From positions 186,001-250,000 of the IMG/VR virus record IMGVR_UViG_3300036770_007539: 64,000 nucleotides of DNA. One strand, written 5' to 3'. How positions within the stretch are numbered: the first letter of the stretch is position 1; every line of letters begins with the position of its first letter. The notes beneath the pieces were generated by a model. That model was not told the DNA's origin and did not search any database. It saw nothing but the letters and a program-made list of their open reading frames with translations. Below are positions 18,691-28,659 of the stretch, piece by piece. Both the position numbers and the translations under genes were made by a program.

Positions 18691-20010
18691 ATGATTAAAA
18701 CCGAAGAAAAGCAAATTGAAAAACCCACAGTTGTTGATGATCTTGATAAAGATACACTCAGCGCTTTAAAAGCAAAACTCGCTAAAAAGGAAGAGTCAAC
18801 TATGTCACCTAAAATTGTAGCACCTAAAAAACGAAGTATTAACCTTGGCGTTGTAGGAACGGGTCAAGGCGGATCTAGATTAGCAGAAGCATTTTATGCC
18901 CTTGGATATAACGCTATTGTTATGAATACCGCTCCACAAGATCTGGAGCACATCGACGTTCCAGAAGCTAATAAACTTCTTTTGCAGTTTGGTCTTGGCG
19001 GAGCCGCAAAAGAATTAGAAATTGGAAAAGAAGCAGCAGAGACTCACCGAGACGCTATTCATCTCTTGGTTCAAGAAAAGCTTGAAGACGCTCAGGCTTT
19101 TGTACTTTGTCTTTCTTTGGGCGGTGGTTCAGGTGCGGGCTCATGCGAAACCGTGATTGATGTCTTGGCATCTGTCGGTAAGCCAATGGTCGTCATTTCT
19201 GTTTTGCCAATGACAAATGATGATGCGCAAACTAAACACAATGCATTAGAAACATTAAGCAAATTGGCAAAACTAGTTCAATCTAAAAAAGTTCAATCTA
19301 TGGTTGTTGTTGACAATGCAAAAATTGAAACTATTTATAGCGATGTTTCTCAGCTTGACTTTTTCTCAGTGGCTAACAAAGCAATTGTTGAACCTATTGA
19401 GCAGTTCAATTTCCTTTCTTCTCAAGCATCTCCTTCTAAAGCCTTAGACTCCACAGAATGGGCAAAACTTTTAATCGATGGCGAAGGCTTAACAGTATTT
19501 GGATCCCTTACAGTTGATAATTATCAAGACGAAACTGCCATTGCAGAAGCCGTAGTTACCAACTTAGATCATAACTTGCTTGCGGGAGGTTTCGATCTTA
19601 AACATTCAAAATATGCTGGATTTATTGTTGCTGCCAATAAAGAAGTTTGGAGTAAAATTCCAAGCTCAGCAGTAAACTATGCAAGGGCATTAATCCAAGA
19701 ACATGCAGGGACTCCGAAGGCACTATTTCATGGAATATATGTTACCGATGATAAAGAAGATAGTGTTAAAATTTATTCTTGTTTTACCGGCTTATCTCTT
19801 CCAATGAGTCGAGTGGATACTCTTAAAAAAGAGGCAATGGAATTAATGAATCAAGCTAAATCAAAAGATACAACTCGTTCTCTTAGCTTATCATTAGATA
19901 CTGGTGCAAATGAAACTGTTTCAGCTGCCCAGAAGGTGAAAGATAAAATTGCAGCTAAATCTTCTGCCTTTGGCAAATTCATGGGCTCAGTTGTAGATAA
20001 AAGAAAGTGA
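18691..20010 (+). CDS. Tubulin/FtsZ-superfamily GTPase (PhuZ/TubZ-like)
   Basis: GTGQGG (T1), NT, LGGGSGAG (T4 signature), VLP, VDN, ALDSTE (T7-like loop). Confidence 0.9.
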   Translation: MIKTEEKQIEKPTVVDDLDKDTLSALKAKLAKKEESTMSPKIVAPKKRSINLGVVGTGQGGSRLAEAFYALGYNAIVMNTAPQDLEHIDVPEANKLLLQFGLGGAAKELEIGKEAAETHRDAIHLLVQEKLEDAQAFVLCLSLGGGSGAGSCETVIDVLASVGKPMVVISVLPMTNDDAQTKHNALETLSKLAKLVQSKKVQSMVVVDNAKIETIYSDVSQLDFFSVANKAIVEPIEQFNFLSSQASPSKALDSTEWAKLLIDGEGLTVFGSLTVDNYQDETAIAEAVVTNLDHNLLAGGFDLKHSKYAGFIVAANKEVWSKIPSSAVNYARALIQEHAGTPKALFHGIYVTDDKEDSVKIYSCFTGLSLPMSRVDTLKKEAMELMNQAKSKDTTRSLSLSLDTGANETVSAAQKVKDKIAAKSSAFGKFMGSVVDKRK

Positions 20011-20021
20011 TTTAATTTTAA

Positions 20022-20070
20022 ACAAAAAAAGGAAAAGAGCGGGTAGATCTCGCTCTTTTCCTTTTTTTGT
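20022..20070. terminator. Bidirectional intrinsic terminator
   Basis: Perfect 20-bp inverted repeat acaaaaaaaggaaaagagcg / cgctcttttcctttttttgt with A and T tracts, directly after the tubulin gene. Confidence 0.92.
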
Positions 20071-20129
20071 CGAGCCTGCCAGATTCTCTTTGAAAAGAAG
20101 TTCTATCTCTAATTAGATAAGAAATTAAA

Positions 20130-21593
20130 ATGAATAAAATTGAAATTTTAGATAATAAAAAAGTTAAAATATTCTTTGATGATTCGGATGATTTTGAAAA
20201 ATTTAAAAATCATTTATCATTTAAAATTGCTGGGGTAGAATATACGAAAGCTTATAAAGCTGGAAATTGGGATGGCATTACATACATGGTAAATGCTAAA
20301 AAAGAATTTCCTATCGGATTGTTAGATAGAGCTAAAAATTATTTAAAAAATAATAAAATAGACTATTCTATTCAAGATAATAGAGCCCCAATTAAAAACT
20401 CCAATTCACTTGACATTTCTAATAGATTAAAAGAATTAGAAATGCCACCAAGAGACTATCAAATTAGAGCGTCTGAGATTATAGATAAATCAAACTTTGG
20501 TATAATAAGAGCGGCAACTGGCGCCGGTAAGACTTTGATAGCCGCCTTAATTGCTGCAAGAATTAATAAGCCAACAATTATATATGTTATTGGTCTTGAT
20601 TTGTTAAATCAATTCTTTGATTTCTTTTCAAAAGTTTTTGATGAGGAAATTGGATATATTGGAAATGGAACTTGCAATATTAAAAGAATTAATATTGCAA
20701 GTGTATGGACTATAGGAAAAGCTTTAGATATACAATTAGATGATTTAACTTTTGATGACGAAATTGACGAGGAAAAATTTCAAGAAAGTAATAAGTACAA
20801 AATTATTTCGCTTTTAAAAGATACCAAGGTTCACTTATTAGATGAGTGCCACGTTGCTACAGCTACAACAATTAGATCTATTCATAAAGTTATTGAGCCA
20901 GAATATTTTTACGGCTTAAGCGGAACTCCATTTAGAGAAGATAATTCTGATCTGCTAATCGAAGGCATTTTAGGACCTAAATTAATAGATATTTCAGCTT
21001 CAGAACTAATTGACAAAGGTGTGCTGGCTCAGCCTATAATTAAATTTATTGAAGTTCCAAAAGAAAAAATATCAGGACCTTATCAGACTATTTATAAAAA
21101 TTATATTATTGAAAATCATATTAGAAATAATTTAATTTTAGAAAATACTTTGAAATTAATTGAAAAAGGATATAAAGTTTTGGTTCTATTTAAAAATATT
21201 AAGCATGGAAAAATTTTATCTAATATTTTTAAAAATAATAATATTAAATATAAAATTCTATCTGGAAATGACTCGCTAGATAAAAGAGAAGATGTTAAAA
21301 AGGCTATTTATAATGGCGAGATAGATGTAATTTTAGCATCAACTATTTTTGACATTGGAGTTGACATAAAGTGTTTGTCTGCGTTAGTTTTAGCTGGCGG
21401 TGGAAAGAGCTATGTTAAAGCTTTACAAAGGATTGGTCGAGTAATACGATCCTATCCTGGAAAAAAATTTGCTGCCATAGTAGATTTCTATGACGATATT
21501 AAATATTTAAAAGCACATTCCACTGAAAGGTGCAAGATTTACATGACTGAAGATGGTTTTAAAGTTATTCCAGCTCCAGGAATGAAAGTATGA
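20130..21593 (+). CDS. Superfamily 2 DNA helicase (UvsW-like)
   Basis: RDYQ, ATGAGKT, LDECH, SGTP, QRIGR. Confidence 0.92.
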   Translation: MNKIEILDNKKVKIFFDDSDDFEKFKNHLSFKIAGVEYTKAYKAGNWDGITYMVNAKKEFPIGLLDRAKNYLKNNKIDYSIQDNRAPIKNSNSLDISNRLKELEMPPRDYQIRASEIIDKSNFGIIRAATGAGKTLIAALIAARINKPTIIYVIGLDLLNQFFDFFSKVFDEEIGYIGNGTCNIKRINIASVWTIGKALDIQLDDLTFDDEIDEEKFQESNKYKIISLLKDTKVHLLDECHVATATTIRSIHKVIEPEYFYGLSGTPFREDNSDLLIEGILGPKLIDISASELIDKGVLAQPIIKFIEVPKEKISGPYQTIYKNYIIENHIRNNLILENTLKLIEKGYKVLVLFKNIKHGKILSNIFKNNNIKYKILSGNDSLDKREDVKKAIYNGEIDVILASTIFDIGVDIKCLSALVLAGGGKSYVKALQRIGRVIRSYPGKKFAAIVDFYDDIKYLKAHSTERCKIYMTEDGFKVIPAPGMKV

Positions 21594-21602
21594 GGAGGAC
21601 CC

Positions 21603-22190
21603 ATGGTAGAAGTTACAGCCGTTAATCTTGGTAAAAGATGGGAAACATTTTTTAAAAAATTATCATTGCATGATTCTACATCTGTAGAAAAATGGAAAGA
21701 ATATCAGATTCTGGGATATTTAATTTCAAGATTAGAAAGATACCTTCAAAGAAAATTCGCATTCACACTCTCTGGGCAGCCATCAAAATGTCCGGAGATG
21801 TTTTTTATAAAAAAAATTATTTATTCTTTAGATACCAAAGACCCTGAGGCAATTAAAAATTACATAGACTGGGTTTTTGATACTAAAATCATTCCAAGCA
21901 AAGTTAAACTTAGAAGCGTTGGATACTTTCATAGCTCTGTCTTTGCAAATCAATTCTTGGATGAAGTTAAAAAATCCAAACAAATTACTAGAACGACTCC
22001 AATTCCAGAAGAATACAGGGTAATTGTTAATTTTTTCAAAGCCCCAGTAGAAACATTTGGAGATCTTGCCTTTGTAAAAAAAGTCATAGAATCTAATCCA
22101 GAAGATGAAGACTCTCAGCAATTTAAAAAAATGTTTATTAACCTAATTTCAATAGGGTTCAAGGAAGAGTGCCTAAAGGACCTGAAATGA
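21603..22190 (+). CDS. Hypothetical protein in replication module
   Basis: GAGGA RBS; lies between helicase and helicase-loader genes. Confidence 0.6.
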   Translation: MVEVTAVNLGKRWETFFKKLSLHDSTSVEKWKEYQILGYLISRLERYLQRKFAFTLSGQPSKCPEMFFIKKIIYSLDTKDPEAIKNYIDWVFDTKIIPSKVKLRSVGYFHSSVFANQFLDEVKKSKQITRTTPIPEEYRVIVNFFKAPVETFGDLAFVKKVIESNPEDEDSQQFKKMFINLISIGFKEECLKDLK

Positions 22191-22675
22191 ATAAGGGAGA
22201 TAAAGTTAAAGTATTTTTAACAAACTCTTTATCTGCAGAAGGCACAGTTGATTCTTATAATGAATTGGAGCTTATACTGGTTTCCAATGGTTACAAATTA
22301 GTCATTAATAATCCTTATAAAAATATAATAATGTATTATGTTTTTTCAAACCCTCAAGTAAATTCAGAATTTTCTGATTTGATTAAAAAATCAGTTGAAT
22401 CAGAAAAAAATATTAGCAATCAAGAGCTGCCAAGAGACCTTGATTTAAGAATTAAAAAATTAGTTGAATTAAAAAGTATGTCGGCAGAAGCTCAGCGAGA
22501 ACAAATTAGAAAAGAGCTTACAACTTTCCATTCTGTTAACACCGAACAAATATTAGGAAAATATGGAACTCCCAGTTTTATCAGCCCTCAGCACAGTGCC
22601 TCAAAAGAAATTAATGATGGAAATGCAGATGACGTTGGAGGCTTGTCCTCAATGCCAAGGCAAGCCCCTCAATAA
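22187..22675 (+). CDS. Hypothetical protein with N-terminal Hfq/Sm-like motif
   Basis: KVKVFLTNSLSAEGTVDSYNELELIL...YKNII parallels Hfq [25 protein letters not shown]...YKHAI; AAGGA RBS. Confidence 0.45.
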   Translation: MNKGDKVKVFLTNSLSAEGTVDSYNELELILVSNGYKLVINNPYKNIIMYYVFSNPQVNSEFSDLIKKSVESEKNISNQELPRDLDLRIKKLVELKSMSAEAQREQIRKELTTFHSVNTEQILGKYGTPSFISPQHSASKEINDGNADDVGGLSSMPRQAPQ

Positions 22676-23282
22676 AGCTTGCCAAGACTGCAATACTTTA
22701 AATACTATTCTTCAAAGGTTTGCAAATGCCAATATCCCTGTCAGATATTGGCGATTAAAAATGTCAGAGTTCTTAGGTCCAACAGCCTTAAAAAAACTTT
22801 ACGATGATACTTCTTCAGACCTTGATAAGTCTTATAGGTCTGGAATATCATTTTGTTTAACTGGCACTCACGGGGTGGGTAAGACCATGACCGTAACTAG
22901 TATTTTAAGATCTGCCCTTGCGAAAGGCTACAGTGGTCTTTATACTACCTTGAATCAAATTGTGTTGAGTCTAACGTCTCATACTGATGAATCTAGAATC
23001 GACATAAGAAAAGCATACACATTAGTTGATTTTTTAGTTATTGATGAGTTTGATCCTAGGCATATGGGCTCGGACAATGCCTCAGATTTGTTTGGAAGAA
23101 TATTAGAAGATATTTTTAGAACTAGGGTTCAAAATAATTTGCCGACTTTGATGTGTACCAATTCTCCAAACGTTCAAGAGTCTTTTCAAGGTTCAATTAA
23201 GACTAGCATTTCCAGCCTGATGAGTTATGTAAAAGAAATTCCAGTAATTGGAAAGGATTTACGTAAGGAAAAGAAATTATGA
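22563..23282 (+). CDS. DnaC/DnaI/IstB-like AAA+ helicase loader
   Basis: CxxC...CxxC, ANIP, Walker A GTHGVGKT, Walker B LVIDE, R...LPTLMCTN, GKDLR. Confidence 0.88.
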   Translation: MELPVLSALSTVPQKKLMMEMQMTLEACPQCQGKPLNKACQDCNTLNTILQRFANANIPVRYWRLKMSEFLGPTALKKLYDDTSSDLDKSYRSGISFCLTGTHGVGKTMTVTSILRSALAKGYSGLYTTLNQIVLSLTSHTDESRIDIRKAYTLVDFLVIDEFDPRHMGSDNASDLFGRILEDIFRTRVQNNLPTLMCTNSPNVQESFQGSIKTSISSLMSYVKEIPVIGKDLRKEKKL

Positions 23283-24703
23283 GTGATAATTTTAATTATT
23301 TGGTAGATGATCAAGACCTAAGAATTATAAAAAATATTTTAGAGGACAAGTCATCTGCAAATGAATTCGTCAAATCTTTTGACGAAAGTATTTTTATTGG
23401 ATCTAGCAAGAAATTAATGAAAGATGTAATATCTTATATTGATTGCTATAAGAGCCCACCTACTAAACGAGTCTTATTAGAGAATATTGAAAATGATACA
23501 TCATTATATAATGAATATTCTTATATTTTTTCTTGCCTGGATAATGTTGAGGCAAATCCTAATGAATTCAAATATGATTTAGACAAGATTTGTTCTAGAT
23601 TTAAAGAACATACTACTTTAAATTTTAAAAAATCAGTACAATCCTTAAAAGATCTTGATAGCATCCAAGAAGCTACCAGAAATTACAATAAAGAAATAGA
23701 AAAAGCTTCTTATAAAAAACAATCCCATGTTCAGAAGCCAATTTCTAGGTTCCTTGATGACTTTAAACGTGATTATAATAATAAATTTCATAATAAAGAC
23801 CAGTCCCAAGGAATTTTAACTCAGTATAAATATTTAGATTATATTACGAATGGGTTACAGCCAGCTGAAATGGTCATTATCGGAGGAGAGACTGGAGCTG
23901 GTAAATCTCAATTGTTAAACAACCTTGCAATCCAGCTATGGATGCAAAACAATACTATAGACGACAGAGGTGCTTTTAAAAAGGGTTATAATGTTTTATA
24001 TTTCTCTTTAGAAATGCCATACAAGCAATGCTTTAACAGAACAGTGTCTAGAATTTCTCAATTAGAGCTTTATGGTATTCGAGATGCTACTTTAGCACCT
24101 TCTGAGGTTGAAAAACTATATAAAGCTTGTGAATTTATTGAATCTTACCCTTATCAATTTGAAATTGTTGATATTCCGCGTGGAGTTACAGTAGAAGATG
24201 TCGAGGAAAGATATTTAGAAGCAAAATCGAAGTTCAATCCAGATATTATTGTAGTTGATTATCTTGGGCTTCTAGAAGATAAAGATGCGCCAGGTGATGA
24301 TTGGTTGAAACTAGGTCACATTGCTGGGAAGCTTCATGAAATGTCTCGTGTATATGGATGTGCAATGCTAACAGCCGTTCAATTAAATAGATTGGCTAAA
24401 AATTCTGATAATAGAATTGGATTGCATCGATTTGGAAGATCTAGTCTTATCGCCACTCACGCTACGTTATGTTTACAAATTGAAACAAGACCTGATGAAA
24501 ATCAGTTTGGTGATATGGTAGTTCATATCATTAAAAATAGAAACGGAGCGTTGGGTCATTTTTCTTTGCAGAGAGATTTTTCACGATCTTTACTTTTGGA
24601 CTATGATGAAGTATTCTTGCCTTCTGGCAAAGAGCCTAAAATGCTTATGCCTTCTGATGTTGCCGATGTTTCTAAACTATTAGAGAAATATAGTTGGATT
24701 TAA
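23279..24703 (+). CDS. dnaB: DnaB-like replicative helicase
   Basis: GETGAGKS, FSLEM, IVVDYL, QLNR, KNRNG. Confidence 0.92.
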   Translation: MSDNFNYLVDDQDLRIIKNILEDKSSANEFVKSFDESIFIGSSKKLMKDVISYIDCYKSPPTKRVLLENIENDTSLYNEYSYIFSCLDNVEANPNEFKYDLDKICSRFKEHTTLNFKKSVQSLKDLDSIQEATRNYNKEIEKASYKKQSHVQKPISRFLDDFKRDYNNKFHNKDQSQGILTQYKYLDYITNGLQPAEMVIIGGETGAGKSQLLNNLAIQLWMQNNTIDDRGAFKKGYNVLYFSLEMPYKQCFNRTVSRISQLELYGIRDATLAPSEVEKLYKACEFIESYPYQFEIVDIPRGVTVEDVEERYLEAKSKFNPDIIVVDYLGLLEDKDAPGDDWLKLGHIAGKLHEMSRVYGCAMLTAVQLNRLAKNSDNRIGLHRFGRSSLIATHATLCLQIETRPDENQFGDMVVHIIKNRNGALGHFSLQRDFSRSLLLDYDEVFLPSGKEPKMLMPSDVADVSKLLEKYSWI

Positions 24704-24897
24704 TTATGGTAAAATTATCACCTAATCACATTGTTGCAGAAATGATAAGAATGGAAGTAAAACCAAGTACTGGTCAATTATATTTAATCTTCGAGGTAAG
24801 CGATCCTCTCTTTAAAAAAGAGATGTTAAAAGATTGGACTCAAGATTTTGAGTTAAAAGTTACAGAAACAAAACTTCTTTATATTAAGAAAGGTTAA
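24694..24897 (+). CDS. Hypothetical protein
   Basis: Short ORF filling the operon gap; start uncertain. Confidence 0.55.
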   Translation: MDLIMVKLSPNHIVAEMIRMEVKPSTGQLYLIFEVSDPLFKKEMLKDWTQDFELKVTETKLLYIKKG

Positions 24898-24901
24898 GGC
24901 A

Positions 24902-25192
24902 ATGCCTACATACGAACATCTTTGTCAAAGCTGCAGTCACGAATGGGAAGAATTTTATAGTATTAAATCAGACCCTCCAACAGTATGTCCCAGCTGTAAG
25001 ACTGAAGGAACTGTAAAAAGATTAATTTCTGGAGGTTCAGGTAAAGGAAAAGTAGAGCTAACGGGTCATGAATATAAAGAAAAAGTCATGTCGGATGCTA
25101 ACGCTTTAAAGAGAGAAGCTTATAGAAATGAAAATGTAATGGCAAATTTAGTCGGGGAAAGTAAATATCATCGAAATCAAAGCAGTAGGTGA
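24902..25192 (+). CDS. FmdB-family zinc-ribbon protein
   Basis: MPTYEHLCQSC...CPSC...KRLIS. Confidence 0.88.
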   Translation: MPTYEHLCQSCSHEWEEFYSIKSDPPTVCPSCKTEGTVKRLISGGSGKGKVELTGHEYKEKVMSDANALKREAYRNENVMANLVGESKYHRNQSSR

Positions 25193-25195
25193 TGT

Positions 25196-25837
25196 ATGAA
25201 CTTTACACAAGAACAGCTTGAACAAATGGCAATAGACTATCTTGACATTCAAGACAATATAAAAAAAACTCAAAATTCTTCTGAGCTTAGGAAGTTTAAA
25301 TCTCAACAAGAGCAAATTATTAAAAATTTAAAATGTTTGGTTAATATCAGATCTTTTAAGTATAAAAAATTTTCTAATTTTCCAGATTTAGAACAAGAAG
25401 GTTTAGAGGCTTTAGTTATGGCGCTTAATACTTTCAAGCCAAATAGATCTTCTTTTACTTGGTGGGCAGATAAATATATAAGCACTAGGCTTTCCCGAGC
25501 AGCAAATGCTCACTCTACCGTAAGAGTTCCTATTAAACATGCCAGGGAATTTAAACCTTTAAAATCTTCTGTGATTCCATTAATTGTTGATGAGAGAAAT
25601 GGTCACTCTGAGTTAGAAATAAAAGATGTTGAAAAGAGGGTAAATGAAGCTATAAATAAGCTTCCGGAGATGAATAAAAAATTTATTTCTATGTTGTACG
25701 GTCTTAATGGAATAAGACAATATAATATTACTCAGTTGTGTGAAAAGTTTTCTTTAAACAAGTCAGAGTCATTAAAGTTAATTAATGATTCTAAAAGGAA
25801 ACTAAAAAATATTTTGGAAACATATGAAGAAGTTTAA
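25196..25837 (+). CDS. Sigma-70 family RNA polymerase sigma factor
   Basis: Region 2 DLEQEGLEALVMALNTFKP..FTWWA; region 4-like C-terminal HTH. Confidence 0.85.
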   Translation: MNFTQEQLEQMAIDYLDIQDNIKKTQNSSELRKFKSQQEQIIKNLKCLVNIRSFKYKKFSNFPDLEQEGLEALVMALNTFKPNRSSFTWWADKYISTRLSRAANAHSTVRVPIKHAREFKPLKSSVIPLIVDERNGHSELEIKDVEKRVNEAINKLPEMNKKFISMLYGLNGIRQYNITQLCEKFSLNKSESLKLINDSKRKLKNILETYEEV

Positions 25838-25915
25838 AAACAAAATATTTCACTGGATGCATTTAGATTATTTTATTTTATTTTAATTTTTGATTAAAAA
25901 TCAAACAACTTAACT

Positions 25916-25933
25916 TGACTAATTTATTAGTCA
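25916..25933. promoter_or_regulatory. Palindromic candidate operator upstream of nrdB
   Basis: TGACTAAT-TT-ATTAGTCA; the ACTAAT-N2-ATTAGT core recurs at 42746-42759. Confidence 0.45.
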
Positions 25934-25961
25934 GTGGTGTCTTATATTTTAGGAGAAACGA

Positions 25962-26936
25962 ATGAGTATTTTAACGCCAAGAGTAACGTATGGACCTTTT
26001 GAATATCCACAATTTTATGATATGTGGCTTAAACAGCAAGCTTCATTTTGGATGTTCACCGAAGTTCAAATGTCCAGTGATATTAATGATTTTAAATTAA
26101 ATTTAACAGATTCAGAGCGAAATGTTATTGGCAATACTTTAAAGGGCTTCGTACAAGCCGAGATCTTTATTGAAGACTATTGGAGTTCTAAAGTTTCTCG
26201 CTGGTTTAAAAAGCCAGAAATTCAAATGATGTCATCTGCTTTTGCTTCTTTTGAAAGCATTCATGCCACGGCATATTCTTACTTAGAAGAATCTCTTGGT
26301 ATTCAAAATTATGAGGCTTTTTTGCATGAGCCAACTTCAAAAGCTAAAATCGATCGACTGATTAATATTAAAGGAAAATCAAAAGAAGATATTGCAAAAA
26401 GCCTTGCTATATTCTCCGCTTTCAATGAAGGTGTTAATTTATTCTCTTCTTTTAGTATTTTGTTAAGTTTTTCTCGCAGGAATTTATTAAAAGGAGTCGG
26501 TAAAATTATTGAATGGTCTATCAGAGACGAAAGCCTTCATTCAAAAGCCGGGTGCATGTTATTTAAAATTTTGGTAACCGAACACCCCGAAGTTTTTACA
26601 GATGAATTAAAGAAAGATATTTATGATGCCGCTAGATTGACAGTTCAGCTCGAAGATGCTTTTATTGATAAAGCTTTTGAGCTAGGACCAATCGAAGGTC
26701 TTGACCCCAAAGATCTCAAGAATTATATTCGTTATCGTGCCAACACAAAGCTTCAAGAGCTTGGCTTAAAAAGCAATTGGAAAAACATTGATAAAGAAGC
26801 TCTTGAAAGATTAAATTGGTTCGATGTATTAAGTAACGGCGTAACATTGCAAGACTTCTTTGCAAGTCGAGAGACTGCTTATGCCAAATCTATTGTAGAT
26901 TTTGAAGACATATGGAATGGAGCACAGCATGGATGA
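25962..26936 (+). CDS. nrdB: Ribonucleotide reductase class Ia beta subunit
   Basis: ESIHATAYS, EGVNLFSSF, RDESLH di-iron motifs; DFF C-terminal tail; AGGAG RBS. Confidence 0.95.
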   Translation: MSILTPRVTYGPFEYPQFYDMWLKQQASFWMFTEVQMSSDINDFKLNLTDSERNVIGNTLKGFVQAEIFIEDYWSSKVSRWFKKPEIQMMSSAFASFESIHATAYSYLEESLGIQNYEAFLHEPTSKAKIDRLINIKGKSKEDIAKSLAIFSAFNEGVNLFSSFSILLSFSRRNLLKGVGKIIEWSIRDESLHSKAGCMLFKILVTEHPEVFTDELKKDIYDAARLTVQLEDAFIDKAFELGPIEGLDPKDLKNYIRYRANTKLQELGLKSNWKNIDKEALERLNWFDVLSNGVTLQDFFASRETAYAKSIVDFEDIWNGAQHG

Positions 26937-28659
26937 ATTGGAAGTATTAAAAGAAAAAGGTGAAGCGCCAGAGTGGTTAACCTCTGAAGGCTTTACCACT
27001 TTAAAAAATGGTTATCTCCTCCCAGGAGAAACACCAGTGCAGCTTTATAGGCGAGTTGCCAACACTTCTGCATCAAGGCTTAACAAACCAGATTTGGCTT
27101 CTAAGTTTTTTGATTATATTTTTAATAATTGGATTTGTTTAGCCACTCCAGTAGCAGCTAATTTGGGAGCGGAGCGAGGTCTTCCTATTTCTTGCTTTAG
27201 TACCCACGTTCATGATACTACCGATGATATTTTCAAATCATATCATGAGGTTGCCATGCTGACTAAACATGGCGGTGGCATTGGCAAATATTGGGGCGAT
27301 GTTCGTGGTCGAGGCGTGCCTATTAAAGGCGGTGGAGCCAGTGAAGGCATTATCCCTTGGTTAAAAATTGAAGAGACTGTTTTGCAAGCAGTCTCTCAGT
27401 CTGGAACTCGCAGAGGAGCAGGAGCTAATTATTTAGATATTGAACATCCTGATGCCGATGAATTTATTGATATACGCAGACCTACCGGCGATCTTACTCG
27501 CCGTTGTTTGACAAGTAACTTTCATCATGCTATTAAAGTTACAGATAATTTTATGCAAAGCATGATGGATGGGAATGAAAAAAATAGAGAACTTTGGGTT
27601 AAGTTATTAAAAGCCAGAGTAGAGACTGGTGAGCCCTACGTTATGTTTACGGATAATTCAAATAGCAATCTCCCACAGGCATATATAAATAATAACTTAA
27701 AAGTAAGTACCAGTAATTTATGCTCTGAAATCTTTTTGCATACAGATAAAGATCACACTTTTGTATGCTGTCTTAGCAGTTTAAATCTTGCCAGATATGA
27801 TGAATGGAAAGATACTGATGTTGTAGAAACTGCAATTTGGTTTCTTGATGGCGTCATGGAAGAATTTATTATCAAGGCAAGTAAGTTGCCAGGATTTGAA
27901 AAGGCAGTTCGCTTTGCAGTTAAATCCAGGGCTTTAGGTCTTGGTGTTCTTGGATGGCACACACTGCTTCAAGCAAAACTAATTGCATTTGATAGCTTTG
28001 ATGCAATGAAATTAAATGCTGAAGTTTTTAGAAAAATTAAAGCAGACGCAGAAAAAGCAAGCAGAGAATTGGCTCAACAATATGGAGAGCCAGAATGGTG
28101 CAAAGGTACCGGCATGAGAAATACTCATACTTGCGCAATTGCTCCAACGGTTTCTAACTCTTTAATTTCTGGAGGCGTATCTCAAGGAATTGAGCCAATT
28201 ATTGCAAATTATTATGCACAGAAATCTGCTAAAGGTACATTTATTAGAAAGAATCCGATACTAGAAAAGTTTCTTAACGAAACTAATAGAAATTCACCAG
28301 AAGTATGGCAGCAAGTTTCGGTTGACTCCGGATCTGTTAAAAATGTTAAATGTTTATCAGATCATGAAAAGGAAGTTTTTCAAACAGCTAGAGAAATTAA
28401 TCAATTTGCTATTGTTCGTCAAGCGGCTCAGCGTCAGAAATATATTGATCAGGGTCAAAGCATTAATCTTTTCTTTGCAGCTCCTTCTGATATACAAGAT
28501 GTATCTATAAAAAAACGCCTAGCTCAATATATTCACGATGTGCATTTAGAAGCTTGGCAAGGTGGAGTTAAGAGTTTGTATTATTTAAGAGTCGATTCTG
28601 TTTTAAAAGGCGATTCAGTATTTAAGGAGGCTTCTGACTGCAAAGCATGTGAGGCATGA
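26929..28659 (+). CDS. nrdA: Ribonucleotide reductase class Ia alpha subunit (short, no ATP-cone)
   Basis: PISCF, SNLCSEI, CCLSSLN, APTVS, SLYYLR, C-terminal CKAC. Confidence 0.95.
   Translation: MDELEVLKEKGEAPEWLTSEGFTTLKNGYLLPGETPVQLYRRVANTSASRLNKPDLASKFFDYIFNNWICLATPVAANLGAERGLPISCFSTHVHDTTDDIFKSYHEVAMLTKHGGGIGKYWGDVRGRGVPIKGGGASEGIIPWLKIEETVLQAVSQSGTRRGAGANYLDIEHPDADEFIDIRRPTGDLTRRCLTSNFHHAIKVTDNFMQSMMDGNEKNRELWVKLLKARVETGEPYVMFTDNSNSNLPQAYINNNLKVSTSNLCSEIFLHTDKDHTFVCCLSSLNLARYDEWKDTDVVETAIWFLDGVMEEFIIKASKLPGFEKAVRFAVKSRALGLGVLGWHTLLQAKLIAFDSFDAMKLNAEVFRKIKADAEKASRELAQQYGEPEWCKGTGMRNTHTCAIAPTVSNSLISGGVSQGIEPIIANYYAQKSAKGTFIRKNPILEKFLNETNRNSPEVWQQVSVDSGSVKNVKCLSDHEKEVFQTAREINQFAIVRQAAQRQKYIDQGQSINLFFAAPSDIQDVSIKKRLAQYIHDVHLEAWQGGVKSLYYLRVDSVLKGDSVFKEASDCKACEA

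Noticed and set aside
18691-20010. Calling the tubulin-like gene ftsZ
   Set aside because: Lacks the typical GGGGxN start, NxDFAD loop and FtsZ C-terminal peptide, and has no dcw-cluster context
23279-28659. Inteins or introns in DnaB and RNR
   Set aside because: Proteins are normal or short in length with contiguous motifs
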